Shown: positions 1-14,289 of the stretch, piece by piece
How the letters are laid out: the number at the start of each line of letters is the position of its first letter
How positions within the stretch are numbered: position 1 is the stretch's first letter
Source of the DNA: Eledone cirrhosa
Lineage: Eukaryota
Direction of reading: 5' to 3'
Length of the DNA stretch: 64,000 nt
NCBI GenBank assembly: GCA_964016885.1
Contig: OZ024741.1
Span: forward strand, 203,546,001 to 203,610,000
Position numbers and translations under genes: made by a program
Notes under the pieces: generated by a model
The model's input: the letters and a program-made list of their open reading frames with translations, nothing else
What the model was told of the DNA's origin: nothing
Databases searched by the model: none

Positions 1-233
1 GTAACAGGATCCGGTGGTGAAGAAAGAGATGTAAGGGAATGTAGAATGAGATGTATAGTGTGTAGAAGAACGTAGGAAAGAGCGTAAAAATAAAAATAAT
101 AACACGAGATAGATCCTTGGGAGAGATTTAATTGTCCCTATATTTCGGATTCGCATCCAACTAGGGGTTTTTCCAGGGAGGAAAGGTTATATGTCGGAGA
201 GGAATGGAACGTGTCCTCTGCTGTTGGCTGTAC

Positions 234-299
<66 letters not shown>

Positions 300-509
300 T
301 TCGTTTCTGAATTTGTTTAACAAGATTCTTTATCTGAAAACGTGTGTTGAAACCGATATTGTTTTTCTTTGGCAGGGTCATGTTGCCAATAAGAAACACA
401 TGCAGCAGTTGCTTTCACTTCAATTTATTATAAATTAAATTATAAATTTAAAAATTTATAAATTTCCGGTTGGTTGGTTGGTTTCACAACCGGACGGTTA
501 TTCATATAT

Positions 510-554
510 TGTCAAAGTTCTTTCGTCACACATTCTGTGACCTCTTCAGTGACT
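510..554 (-). ncRNA. Minimal type-I hammerhead ribozyme motif in PLE pseudo-LTR
   Basis: Reverse complement reads GUCA-CUGAAGA-G-GUCACA gaaug UGUGAC-GAAA-GAAC-UU-UGAC: core, stem II and stem I present. Confidence 0.72.
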
Positions 555-1926
555 GGGGATTCTTCTCTTTGTTTTGTGCCTCTCCTCTGTCCTACACCAT
601 CTTGTTTTTGTGTGTGTTGCGTGCTGAGTTTGCGCATGTGTTACATCCGGGTGTCTGTGTGTTTATTTGTTTATTTATTTGTTTATTTATATGTTACTAG
701 TTAGTTTGTTCTATCTGTGTGTGTTTTCATTTTGTCCTTAATTGTAAGTTGTGATGTTGCTATTCCATTCATGTTTTCTACATAATTTTGGTTGGAGTTC
801 ATTTATGTTTATTGCCTCTGTGATTTGCCTCTTTTCTGTGTGTAGATTTTTTTTTTATTTCTATGTTATCTAATTTGCCCTTATGTTCTGTTTTAACATC
901 TTGGTGGATTACTGATGAGTCTTTTCTATCTTGGAGTTCTCGCAAGTGTTCATTTAATCGTTCACCTATGCTACGAGCTGTCTCACCTATGTACATTATA
1001 TTCTTATCTTTACATTGTCCCTTAGTACATCTTATGCTATATACTATGTTTCTAGTTTTACAGTTAATATGGGGGCTTAGTTTACAGATTATGCATGCAT
1101 TTCCTATCTATACAGGGAGGTCTTTGAAAAGGATATGTATTACAAATAAGTGTTTTTATGGATGTACCTGGTCTTTCCACTATCTTAATATTTAGTTTAA
1201 GTTTATCTAGGGCCCATCTAAATTTGTAAGCTAGTTCACCTCTAGGGGTTGTATTGATGAACATTACACTCTGGTATTTATTGCTATCATACCATGAGTT
1301 TATTTTATTTATCTTATTTCTAGTTCTTTCTATTATATTCCAAAATTTGCTCCTATACAAGGGGCAGGTCCAATTTGTATCATTATTTACCATGTTTTCC
1401 CATTTGGTTCTGGCTCCTCTATATACTCTGATTTTATCTCTCTCATTGTAACCGGAGAATTGCATACGGTGGATAAAGCGTTGTATGTGTCTCTCTAGTT
1501 CTTTGGGGTTGCACATGCGGGACACGTTCCTCATCACCCTTACTAAATCAGCAATCAGTATATTGATTTTGGTGTGATCCGAAACAGCTGAGTTTCGGTG
1601 GATCAGGTATTTGGAAATCATGATTTGTTTATTATTATTAATGGTTTCTAACCAGAGCTCTGTGCCTAGTACAGGTAATCGATGGTTGCGGTGTTTGCTT
1701 GGGTAGTCTATAATAACTTTGATACTCTGGTGGATGGAGCTAGCTATTTGCTGGATGCTTTCCATGGTGTTTTTCTCTAATTCCTGACTGTTCTCTAGTG
1801 GGGATGTTTTTACACACACAGACACCCAGATATAACACATGCGTAAACTAAGCACACAACACGCACAAAAATAAGATGGCGTAGGACAGAACAAAGGAGA
1901 GGCAAAAAACAGAGAAAATAATCCCC

Positions 1927-1971
1927 TGTCACTGAAGAGGTCACAGAATGTGTGACGAAAGAACTTTGACA
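1927..1971 (+). ncRNA. Minimal type-I hammerhead ribozyme motif in inverted pseudo-LTR
   Basis: UGUCA-CUGAAGA-G-GUCACA gaaug UGUGAC-GAAA-GAAC-UU-UGACA: 5-bp stem I, 6-bp stem II, CUU cleavage triplet. Confidence 0.75.
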
Positions 1972-2566
1972 ATATATGAACAACCGTCCGGTTCTGGAAC
2001 CAACCAACCAACCAACCGGAAATTTATAAATTTTTTAATTTATAATTTAATTTATAATAAATTGAAGTGAAAGCAACTGGTGCGTGTGTTTCTTATTGGC
2101 AACATGACCCTCCCAAAGTATATACATACATACTAGCAAAGTATACGTAAAAAATGATGGTTTTATAGTTAAAAATACTAATTTAAGAATTCCTCGATTA
2201 TAACATTCTCTGTAAAAACCCTTAAATCTTCGATTATCCTCGACCACCCTCTTGTAACTTCGACCATTGTCGTATTTCATTTTACATTCATTTAAATCAA
2301 TTATAATAATGTTCTTCCATATTTTCCTTAATCATTATCAAGCGTTTATCTACCATATTGCGTCGACGTTGTTCTATCTCTGTATCTATCTATCTTCGGA
2401 TTTCCAATTGGATTCCTGCTTTGTTGTTGTCATTCTTGTTCTTGTCCGAAGATGGATACGTTGGTGAATATACATAAATAGATAGATATCTTTGAGATAG
2501 ATATATCTCTTGGCCACTACATTTCTCTCTCTATGTGTATATATACGTGTGATCTCACACACACGT

Positions 2567-2700
<134 letters not shown>

Positions 2701-2870
2701 ATAGGTAGATAACTGTTGCCATACCACAGGCCGGAGGGTGAGAGTCTTGTGAAAAATGTGTATGAGTGGGATGCTGGGTGAAAGATATCACAGCATATAC
2801 ATTCTCAAAGTGTCACTTCCCAAACAAATTTGTCACAAGTTTTTTATCCACACGATCATGAGTTTTAGTC

Positions 2871-3226
2871 CCTTTATGATCTGAGTTCAAATCCCGTCGT
2901 GGTTAACTTTGCCTTTCGTCCATACGGGGGTCGATAAAATAAAGTACCAGTAATGTACTGGTAATTGCTGGCCTTGTGCCAAAAAGTAGAAACAATTATA
3001 TATTCACATATATATATATCATTATGTATTTCTATACTGCGGTGGATTGGCAGTATCGGTGGAGGGTCGGACGCCATGCTTTCCAGCATAGTTACGTCCC
3101 TTTACGATCTGAGTTCAAATCCTGCCGAGGTTGACTTTGCCTTTCATCCTTACGGGGTCGATAAAATAAAGTACCAGTAATGTACTGGGTAATTGCTGGC
3201 CTTGTGCCAAAAGTAGAAACAATTAT
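2871..3226 (+). mobile_element. Two tRNA-derived SINE copies (family A): partial 2871-2998, full 3039-3226
   Basis: ~190-bp repeat with A-box (TGGCAGTATCGG) and B-box (GAGTTCAAATCC). The full copy is flanked by a TSD ATTATGTATTTCTATA. Confidence 0.85.
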
Positions 3227-3424
3227 GTATTTCTATATATCTATTTATCTCTCTCCCTATATATATATATATATATTTTAATTTCAGTTTATTTTGATCA
3301 TGCTTTATTTTTATTTTTATTTTTATCTTTACTTGTTATTTTTTCATTCGCACCGTTTCCTTTCGCCATATGTCTCTCCACCACTCCCCTACACACCCTT
3401 TGAACTTTGTTCCCACACACTTCT

Positions 3425-3458
3425 CACCTGAGGAAGGGCTTATGCCCGAAACGTCGTC
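3425..3458 (+). ncRNA. Hammerhead core in a solo pseudo-LTR-like repeat (weak stem I)
   Basis: CUGAGGA-A-GGGC uuau GCCC-GAAA-CG-UC; only 2 bp of stem I (AC/GU). Confidence 0.5.
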
Positions 3459-3547
3459 CCCCACCTACACCCCACTCTCCAGAGCGTGAAATTAATAAAC
3501 ATTTGTTGTACTGCCTCTCTGTTTTGTCCCTGTTCAAATTTTTCCAT

Positions 3548-3610
<63 letters not shown>

Positions 3611-4229
3611 TTGGTGGTTTACCACTGAATAAAACTGGTCAATCCGTGTAACTAACCATGATGTAAAACCACTCAACGTTACGCAACTCATCCATCTTTG
3701 ATGTTGAATTCTGTTAGTGGTCTGGAAACGGAGTTATTATTAGTTTGATTAAAATGTCAAGAGGCCGGACTGGTGAAGTTCGTTTAAAGATTTATTATTG
3801 CAAAAACACTATATATATTTTAATGGCCAGGTTACGTAAAGTCTTGGCGACACCATCAGATACGTATTCCATAATTAGTTACTCAATAAAGGTATTACGG
3901 TAAACACAACAGAGAAAAGTATATATATATCCAAGGAGTGTAATGCGAAGTTACTGTAGGTTGACCTTGGTGAACACAAGGACGAATTGTGAAGCTTTCA
4001 TTACGTTTATTGAATGGTGATGCACGTTTCGCTATTGATCAGCTCAAGGTTCGATCTGTATCGATCTGGAATCAAAAGTTCGTCGGACGACGTAATAAAG
4101 ACTTAACAAATCATCCTTGTATTATTGTATTACACTCTGTCAAGCTCTACACCTCACCACTGACGTGAACCTAAACATCGAGTGCTCACCCGGGTAAACC
4201 TAGAGTAACTTGACGTTACACTCCCTGTA

Positions 4230-4280
<51 letters not shown>

Positions 4281-4287
4281 TTTTAGC

Positions 4288-4604
4288 ACTCCGTCGGTTA
4301 CGACGACGAATGTTCCAGTTGATAAGACCAACGGTACAGCCTTCCGGTGCAATTAACGTGCCAGTAGTTGAGCATTCCACAGACACGCATACCCTTAACG
4401 TATTGCTCAGGGAGATTCAGGGTGGCACAGAATGTGACAAGGCTGGGCCCTTGAATTACAGGTACACATTTTTGCCAGCTGCGTGGACTGGAGCAACGTG
4501 AAATATAGTATCTTACCCCAAAACACAACGCATTGCCAGAAATCGAACACACGGCATTACGGTTGTGAGACGAATACCCTAACCACCAAGCTACGCACCT
4601 TCAC
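4288..4604 (-). mobile_element. tRNA-derived SINE family B
   Basis: Minus-strand head GAAGGTGCGTAGCTTGGTGGTTAGG...GTTCGATTTC. Related pieces at ~23160-23345(+), 40900-41003(-) and 53455-53700(-). Confidence 0.75.
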
Positions 4605-4631
4605 ACACATATTTATATGTAAATATATATC

Positions 4632-4745
4632 TTCAAATCCCGCCGAGGTTAACTTTGCCTTTCATCCGTACGGGGTCGATAAAATAAAGTACCAGTAATA
4701 CACTGGGATAATTGCTGGCCTTGTGCCAAAAGTAGAAACTATTAT
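4632..4745 (+). mobile_element. SINE family A, 5'-truncated
   Basis: Near-identical to the 3' half of 3039-3226. Confidence 0.85.
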
Positions 4746-5560
<815 letters not shown>

Positions 5561-5614
5561 CATATAAAAATCTTATAGAGATAGCGAGAGAGATTGAGAG
5601 AAAGATAATAAGAG

Positions 5615-5860
5615 TGGGGGGAGGGGAAAGAAACCCCGCCCACATAGCTAGCGACACGTGTGACCCTACTCGCCGGCCGTGTCTCAACTGCTCCCGGGTC
5701 GTGCAGTCACGTGGACGTCCTTCACGTTATTTACTCTTCCGTTTTGGCGGCGGTGGTGGGAAGGAGAAATTATTATTATTTATTTTCTTTTCGGATGGAA
5801 CACCGTGTCTGAATAGTTGACTCCCGGTGTGAAACGGGAAATCAAGAATATCGGGAACCA
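5615..5860 (+). promoter_or_regulatory. Putative promoter/5' regulatory island of the bHLH gene
   Basis: CpG-rich island in an AT-rich background 0.6-0.85 kb upstream of the ATG, with a GC-box-like CCCCGCCC (~5634) and CACGTG E-boxes at 5655-5660 and 5708-5713. Confidence 0.4.
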
Positions 5861-6476
5861 CAGACTAAATAACTAAATAAATAATTATAGATATAAATAA
5901 ATATCTAAATAAATGAATATATATAAATATATATATATATGAGTCTGTGAGTGTGTGAGTGTGTGTATGCAAGTAAATAAATATATAAAGAGGAAAAGAA
6001 GATGAAGAAAAAGAGATAGTAGCAGTAGCAGCTAGATTTGTATATAAATATCCATTATTTTAAGTCGACCATGTATATCTGTGTATAGCAGTCTTTGTCA
6101 AGTCTCTTCACATATAACTTTTAAATTCTTTCAGCTAGCATATATTAAATTTTCCCTTCACACATCTTTATCTTATATTGGATCTTTCCCCGTAGAATGG
6201 ATTTTATATAAGTTCACAGTTGTTAGTTTAAAAGTGAAAACAAAATGAAAATTAATTGAAACAAAATTTAAATTATTTTTTGTATATTTTAAATTATTCC
6301 GGTATTCCACTCCAATAATCTTCATTTTCTTCACCGTTGTGGCACTTTTAGTAAATTCTCCATAGAAACGGCTGTATAACTTTACATAAGTTTATAGGGT
6401 TCTTATTTCTTAGTCAGCTGTTTAGTACCGATAGCAAAATGAACTTGTATTAACAGGGTACACAGTCACTGAAGTT

Positions 6477-8451
6477 ATGGCTTCCACGGTCATGCCCCCT
6501 TTTGGTGCTTTTCTTACTACATTTCAATTTAATCATCCACTATGGAAGAGAAGTGACTCCATAGGGGATGCCTATGGATCTGAGATCGAATACGATGCAA
6601 GGAAAATTACTGATGCAGACTTACCCGAAGATAAAGCAAGTAGCAGCAGTAGCGGGAATACATGGATGGACGATGAAATCGCAGAAATTCTTTGCATAGA
6701 TACTAGCAGAGATAATGTTGACAATGTTGACTGCAGTTACAGCAACGACCCCCGCCCAGCACAGGGGCGGCGGTGGTGGTGCAGACGACTGCAGCGACGA
6801 CAGCAGCAACCTAGTCGAAAGCCTTATTTCTTTGCATCAGGCAACTATGTCTGCGACCAGCGACAGAACCCGTGTACAGACGGAGATGAAGTGGAAAGAG
6901 AGTGCCAGCACAAAACGGAACAGCAAAGCTTCCACCTGCATCCACAGCAACATGAAGAGAGAGAGAAACTGGTGCCATCAGTATATTTGCATGTTGAGCT
7001 AAATCAACCCGAGAGGTGCCAGCAACGAGATAACAGCCCTGAATGTGTTGATCAAGATCCCTCACGTCGTTTCTACCATTATGTAAATGGCTTGCGACAA
7101 CAACAACAGCATCAACAACAACACCAGCAGCTGCAGCACCGAGAAAAATATCAGCAACAACAACCATTGCAGCAAGAGAAAATAGACAGAATTGAAAATC
7201 GAAACCATACGGCTTCCCACACTGAGGACTACAATAGTGAAAGTAAAAATCATAATTATCCTAAAGAAACCAACCAGCACCAAGATCACCAGCAACAACA
7301 GCCGAAACAACTTTCCTTATGGCATTCTCAATGCTTAAACATTGATCTCAATAATATAAAAAATACCAATGTCGTAGAAAATATTTTAACTGGCAGTAGT
7401 GTTACGGATTGTACTAGTCTGTTGATCGAATCACCTGAGTGTAGACTGCAACCTTCAGATCCAAAATACCGCAGAACTACAGTTGATAAAAGCTACACTT
7501 CAAACACAGAAGAGAAGAATAGCAAAAAAGGAGAAGGAGCAGAGAAAAGTAATTACTTTCTGGCGAAATCTTATTGTAACCAACAGATATTACAAACCAG
7601 GGCAAACCTGAACGCTTCTAATATAGAATTAACGGAGAAAGAAGTACCCACAGATGATTATATGTATCTTACTACTAGCTCCGAAGAAGGAAGAAATGAT
7701 CTAGAGAATTCGTTCTGTAACCAAACAATCTCAAAAGAAAACAACAACCAGGATTCCACTCACCAATACCATCTTCATGATCGTTCAGCTAGTGAACACT
7801 GCAACCAACAACAAGAACCACCACCATCCCCATCTGTTACACAATCTCATCTCTCTGCATCGTTCCATCTTCACCCTAACCACCAATCACATATTGAAAT
7901 AGATTGTGAGAGAAACGGACAGACAGTAGTGAATGCAACGCAAACTGGTCACTTACATTCTCCTCATCTGCAAAGCTGCAGCAACAGCCATACACATATG
8001 TGTGCAGGGGGTGTTTATTGTCAATCAGAAGGGGTAAGTGTTAGCACCGGAGCAGAAGGACGAGGAGTAAGAGTAGGAGGAATAGTACTTAGTGGAGTGG
8101 GCTGTGCATCCATGTCTGAGATAGGGGGCGGTGTTAGTTGTGAAGAGACGAGCTCGAGAAAGCGCCGTTGCCTCACCCCGAACCCATATCAAATACAGAG
8201 GCATGCTGCTAACATCAGAGAGAGAAAAAGAATGTTGAGTATCAACTCTGCCTTTGAAGAACTCCGTTGTCATGTTCCGACATTCCCGTACGAGAAGCGA
8301 CTTTCCAAGATTGACACTTTGCGGTTGGCTATTGCATATATTGCCCTACTCAGGGAGATTCTTATGTCGGGGGCTGATCCCCTGGAATATGTTGAGAACT
8401 CACTCCGACAGGGAACTGGAAGTAAGATGAAAGCCGTCTGGAACACAAGTG
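6477..8451 (+). CDS. Fer2: Fer2/48-related-2 (hlh-13-like) bHLH transcription factor, coding exon 1
   Basis: ORF from ATG 6477 (gttATGG) encodes a bHLH at ~8196-8355: [52 protein letters not shown]. The [16 protein letters not shown] and downstream WNTS motifs are typical of Fer2/hlh-13. Donor AGTG|GTAGGT after 8451 (phase 1); the ORF-track tail beyond this point is intron/(CA)n read-through. Confidence 0.88.
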
Positions 8452-8564
8452 GTAGGTTTTATACACTTTTGATTATACATTCTGGCTACTTTATTGACAA
8501 ATATACTCAAACGAATGTATGTGTACATACACACGCATACAAACAAGCACGCACACACACACAC

Positions 8565-8656
<92 letters not shown>

Positions 8657-8683
8657 GTGTATGTGTGTGTGAATGTATGAACA

Positions 8684-8728
<45 letters not shown>

Positions 8729-8975
8729 TCAGATGGAAATGGCTTTTACAAGACTACCAGTGTTTTGTTCGATTGAAAACGCCAGGAATTTCCTGATGAT
8801 TTTAAGCGAATGAAACTGCACTAGTCCAGTAAACGTATTTTCCATCTGGAATAAATGATATACTTTCTCTACTTAACGTATTGAGTACATTATTTAACGG
8901 TGATCTCTTATCGTTTCTGTACGGAAGACTCTCTTTTCCTCCCCCTCTCTCTCTTTCAATCAATCAATCTATCTA

Positions 8976-9016
<41 letters not shown>

Positions 9017-9333
9017 TTACCAACATTGAGTTCACCTTTCCAGTAATTAGCATTGTAGAAACTTTATGAACATCACTGATATTTGTTGAAATATTTTGAT
9101 ATATAAGTAAGCATATATAATTCTAGGAGATATTTCTCAATTTTGTTTGTGGTATTACTTTGGTGGTATTATTTAGGAATTTATAACAAGATTCGTGGTT
9201 TCGTGAAAATAAGCTTTCTGTTCACAGGCAAATTATTAACATAAGGACACATATGTAATTATACATTTAAAGTGTTATATATATATATACAATATATTAA
9301 CAAATGGAAACTATATTTATAAAACCATATTTA

Positions 9334-9395
9334 TTTTATTATACATATTTCAAGGGCCACCAAGGTAAACTATGGTGCGCTTTCATCAGATAAAA
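9334..9395 (-). ncRNA. Type-I hammerhead ribozyme motif (family shared with 30439-30499)
   Basis: Reverse complement reads UUUUAU-CUGAUGA-AAG..CACCA/UGGUG..CUU-GAAA-UAUGUA-UA-AUAAAA: 6-bp stem I, long stem II, AUA triplet. Confidence 0.68.
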
Positions 9396-9562
9396 TATAA
9401 TATAGGTTAGTTTTATAAATAAATATTGATATACCCTGAAAAAATGCAACCATTCTGGTTGGAATCTATATTGTATATTTACTCCAATAATTTGTTGAGT
9501 GCTTTATATCAATTAAAAAAATATTTTGCTTGTTGTATCCCAACAAATTAAATATAACCTCT

Positions 9563-9593
<31 letters not shown>

Positions 9594-9756
9594 GATATAT
9601 ATATATATAGAGAGGTTATATTTAATTTGTTGGGATACAAGCAAAATATTTTTATAATTGATATATATATATATATAAGCATACTTATTAAGAGAAATTT
9701 ATGCACACACATACACACACATATATATATAATTATATATATATATAATATATATG

Positions 9757-9867
<111 letters not shown>

Positions 9868-10736
9868 GTATATATGTATATATGTATGTATGTATGTTTC
9901 TATGTATATATTAACAAAGCATTTAGTCCAGTATTGTAACTTTTCTATAAGACCAGAAACCTTATTTGAGGTCAATGAAATAAAGTATATAATTTGGGCC
10001 ATGCATGTTCTGACTACAATTTTTCATTGTAGTTCGTCATCTTCGTGTTTTATGTCATAGTGGAAAGTATTGTTACTTTTCATCATACACTGGAAGCAAT
10101 AGAATCGAAAGGTACATTGAATTGGCTGGGTATATTGAATGAGTTGTGTATATTGAGTCTACTGGGATCATTGGATGACATGGGCATATAAAATTGGCTG
10201 AGGAAATTCAATTGACTTGGTGTATTGCTGATAGATTAATAGTTTCGTGTCAAATGTTAATGACATCTTAAATGAAGTTCTATATGATAGATATAAAGAT
10301 TGTTACATTATGGAAAATATTAAGTTTTTTTAACCTGGTACTTGATTTGATCGACGACGAACGGATTAAATGTAAAAACCTGGACCAAACATCACAAAAC
10401 ATTTTCCCAGCACTTTAACGATTATTCCGATATACAGTGTGTATACCGCATACCAATAATTGGTAATTACTTAGTATAGGTATGGTTGTTGATATGCATG
10501 GGAGTGTTTTGGTCGAGTTCTGAAGGGCGAGATTGGTTTTACTTTATGTCTAGTGCTGTATGTAATATGGTGAGGCAGATTGAGTTCATTGATTAAATTT
10601 GTTTGAGCGCGTTTATGGTTATATACATATTGGCCCCACCACAAACAGGTAGAAACTAATATATATATAGATATGGGAGTTTATTTAACATTACCTATTG
10701 AGTACGCTGAGATGCAACCGGTCCTGTCTGTCAACT

Positions 10737-10933
<197 letters not shown>

Positions 10934-11541
10934 TTCCAAAATAGGGAGCGAACTGAACATAGACAATGGAAAAAAAAGCAACGAAAAACCGGACAGTCCC
11001 ATCTGCGCAGTCGAGCTCTGAAAATCACTACGGTTTTCGTGCATTAAGGTCGATACAGTTAATTCCACTGTACATTGGGACATAACACACACACGCATAT
11101 ATATATATATATATATATATACATATCGAAATATATTAATTCTAATTTATACTATAACTTCTCGCTCTGTTGCTTCTCAGCCAGCATTCAAATCTCTATT
11201 AATTTCACTATAAAATTAAATGTGCATACTTGCGAATAAGTTTGTATGAATGTATGCACAGATAATTTTGTATCATATTCATGTCATAAATATATTACAT
11301 ATATATTATATTTATATTACAAATAGATACACTCTATGTATACGTTTAAATAAGAGTGTATAAATATGCGTACAGATAATTTCGTGTCGTATTCATGTTA
11401 TAAGTATATCATATTTATACAAATTAATATATGTTTAAATGTAAAAACAAGCAAAAATGTATTCAAAACAAATAGTAGAATTTCTATATTTAATTGTAGC
11501 TGTTGAAGCTGATGAGCAGATGTTCCTCTCCACATCACAAC

Positions 11542-11621
<80 letters not shown>

Positions 11622-13506
11622 CGCGCTCAATATGTGAAGTTTAAGAGTGATAAAATATATTCAGCTCTGAACTAGTTTCTTCTTTTAATTCTTTGATAAA
11701 GGGATTTTCTCCTGAAATATAAGGACATATAAAGAAATGCAACGTCACATCTCAAAATCATTGTTATCATCATATTTTAAACATTTACCCTCAAATGCAC
11801 ATTGTGGTTGCCTTCAAACAAAACACTGTTATATAAATATACATATAAACAAATATATTATTTGCACATACACACGCATGTAAAGACACAGATAAATGTA
11901 TATATAAACACATTTGTGCGTATATATATATAAAGCGAATTAAAAGACTTTGATTACCTAAGGTTTGCCGTGCATTTATTATGCAAAGACTCCCTCTAGA
12001 GATATATAAAACTTAAAAAAAGAAAAAAAAACACGATCAAGGGAGATTACTCCAATATTAACAAATAACTGGCTATAGAAACTGGGCATTAAAGTAGATT
12101 TGGTCAATAAAATTAACTGGTGAAAACAACGTATTTGTTTTGGTTTTATCAAATCTCCTCAGTGAACCATATTGTACTCAGTTGAAAATACTAAGTGTGA
12201 TAAATATAGAAAGAAATATAATGAATGCAGTATGAAGGAGTAGGGTTTTAAGCAGGGCCCGCGGTACCATGAAGATTAACAAGGCAGCCGCCTATGGTGC
12301 AGACTTCAGAAATAAACCATTACAGAACCTTGAATGATCACACTTTTATATAAATTAGTATAATTGAATTAAATATATAATAATTTTCTGAGATCACTAA
12401 ACAACTTTGCTGCATCTGTATTGTTGAAAGACATAAAGCGTTGAAGGGAGTTGTATGATGTTATGAACTGTCACATGATTCGTTGTGGGCAACTGTGTTC
12501 TCTGTTGGGGAAAATGTAGACTTAGTAATTTTCGTAGTGTGGTCAGAGCAAGAAGTATCAGAATATAGGTTCGTCAGATTGCTAAACTGTTTTATTTGGG
12601 AATTGTGGCACTTAACCGAGAGAAGAGGTGCACATTGTATAGATAGCCTAGGATGCACAATACCCGATAGACATTGTACAGTTAGACGCTAACTCTAAAT
12701 ATATGGACAATCAGAGTTCAAATATTTTCATTTGGTTAACTCACGAAGAATTGGAAAATATTAATCTTGAAAATGCAGTTGTCACAATGCAGGTAACTAT
12801 AATAATATTTGATAACTCTAAATGATAAATCAGTTAAAGTACACTTGTAGCCGGACAAAATGAGAGATGCACAATTTTATTCCCTGCGGGCGTCTTTGCT
12901 CAATTTTTCCCGTCTCTATTAGTAATTTACCTTATCATATTTATAGTTATCAAATATTATTATAGTTTCCAGCATTGTAGCAACTAAATCTTCCAATGCT
13001 TTTTAAGTTAATCAGATGAAAATATTTGATTAACTCACATTGTCTATACATTCGGAAACGCCGGCGCTGAATGTATGGATTTACATACATTAGACCTTAC
13101 TGTATTTCTATTTCGTGTGCAGGGTCCCCATCCCTAACACCATTCACTGTGCATTCATCATCATCCATGGTGATATTTATAGCCATCATCACTAAATACC
13201 CTGCATTTCTGTAAATATATTGGTCACACCAAGTCTTGTAAAATGTGAAGAACATGTTTCACTGAGGTGAACTAAAAAGCCAGAAATATGTTCGTTGATT
13301 TACCTGTATCTTTCAAAGACCTCATCCATTCCCATACTGCGTTAAATTTTTCAGATTTTCAAATATATCAATTAATTAATGTTACATGAGCAACACATTT
13401 CTCGAACGAGAGTGAGGATTTATCAACTGATTGCATGTATAATCTCAGTTAATGAAAAATTTCACCTCACTATATTACATTTGTGAGGAAATTATATATA
13501 TATATA

Positions 13507-13628
<122 letters not shown>

Positions 13629-13730
13629 TATATATGTGTGTGTGTATGTGAGTCCTGTGTTCAATCGGAGGTAACCACAGTAAGTAAGGTACTCAATACA
13701 TTAGTAGAGTGTATACAACAAAATTTAATT

Positions 13731-13814
13731 TAGAAATGGCTTCTACAAGACTAGAACTGTTTCATTCGAAGGAAATCGAATGAAACAGTTCTAGTCTTGT
13801 AGATACCATTTCTA
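13731..13814. repeat. Near-perfect 39-bp-arm hairpin
   Basis: 13731-13769 pairs with 13776-13814 (2 mismatches) around a 6-nt loop. Related to the repeat at ~28710-28830. Confidence 0.9.
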
Positions 13815-13826
13815 TATTAAATTTTG

Positions 13827-13911
<85 letters not shown>

Positions 13912-14033
13912 TATTGAAGTTTCCGTTGAAAATTGAAAAAGTCACACGAGTGAAGAGTGCGGACGTTTCTTGTATTCGTCTTATTCGGGAAACCTCTGGT
14001 AATGAGGTAATTATATTGTATTGTTTATTATAC

Positions 14034-14110
<77 letters not shown>

Positions 14111-14289
14111 ACATATAATGTTTTGCGGTAGCGTTAAACTTCAAAAATATTTTTCAATGTTTTTATCCTACTTTTCGTAAGTATAGAGTACTAAGTGTCT
14201 TCTACAAACGGGTCATTTATAGAAGTTATTCAAGACTTATTTTCCCCTAAGTTTGACAATGAATTTCACTGTCATTTAAAGGTTAGTTT

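Larger units (their letters stand above)
375..2110 (-). mobile_element. 5'-truncated Penelope-like element (Neptune-like) bounded by inverted pseudo-LTRs
   Basis: Minus-strand ORF pieces encode PLE RT C-terminus/thumb (DYPSKH..LPVL, MQFSGY, PLYR, TPRGEL) and, after a frameshift, GIY-YIG (NIVYSIRC...YIGETARSIGERLNEH). Segments ~375-662 and ~1812-2110 are ~290-bp inverted repeats. Confidence 0.88.

Noticed and set aside
6715-7002. Overlapping +1 frame ORF inside exon 1
   Set aside because: Short and low-complexity, with no recognisable motif; expected by chance in trinucleotide-rich coding DNA.
8452-8672. C-terminal poly-HT tail of the 731-aa ORF
   Set aside because: Intron read-through past the GT donor at 8452; the true C-terminus is at 44253-44347.
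8793-8830. CUGAUGA...GAAA..GUC motif as an active hammerhead
   Set aside because: Stem I cannot form and stem II is mismatched; counted only as a decayed remnant.
12250-13300. Possible decayed hAT transposon (CAGGGCC.. start)
   Set aside because: No matching second TIR or unambiguous transposase motif could be read.
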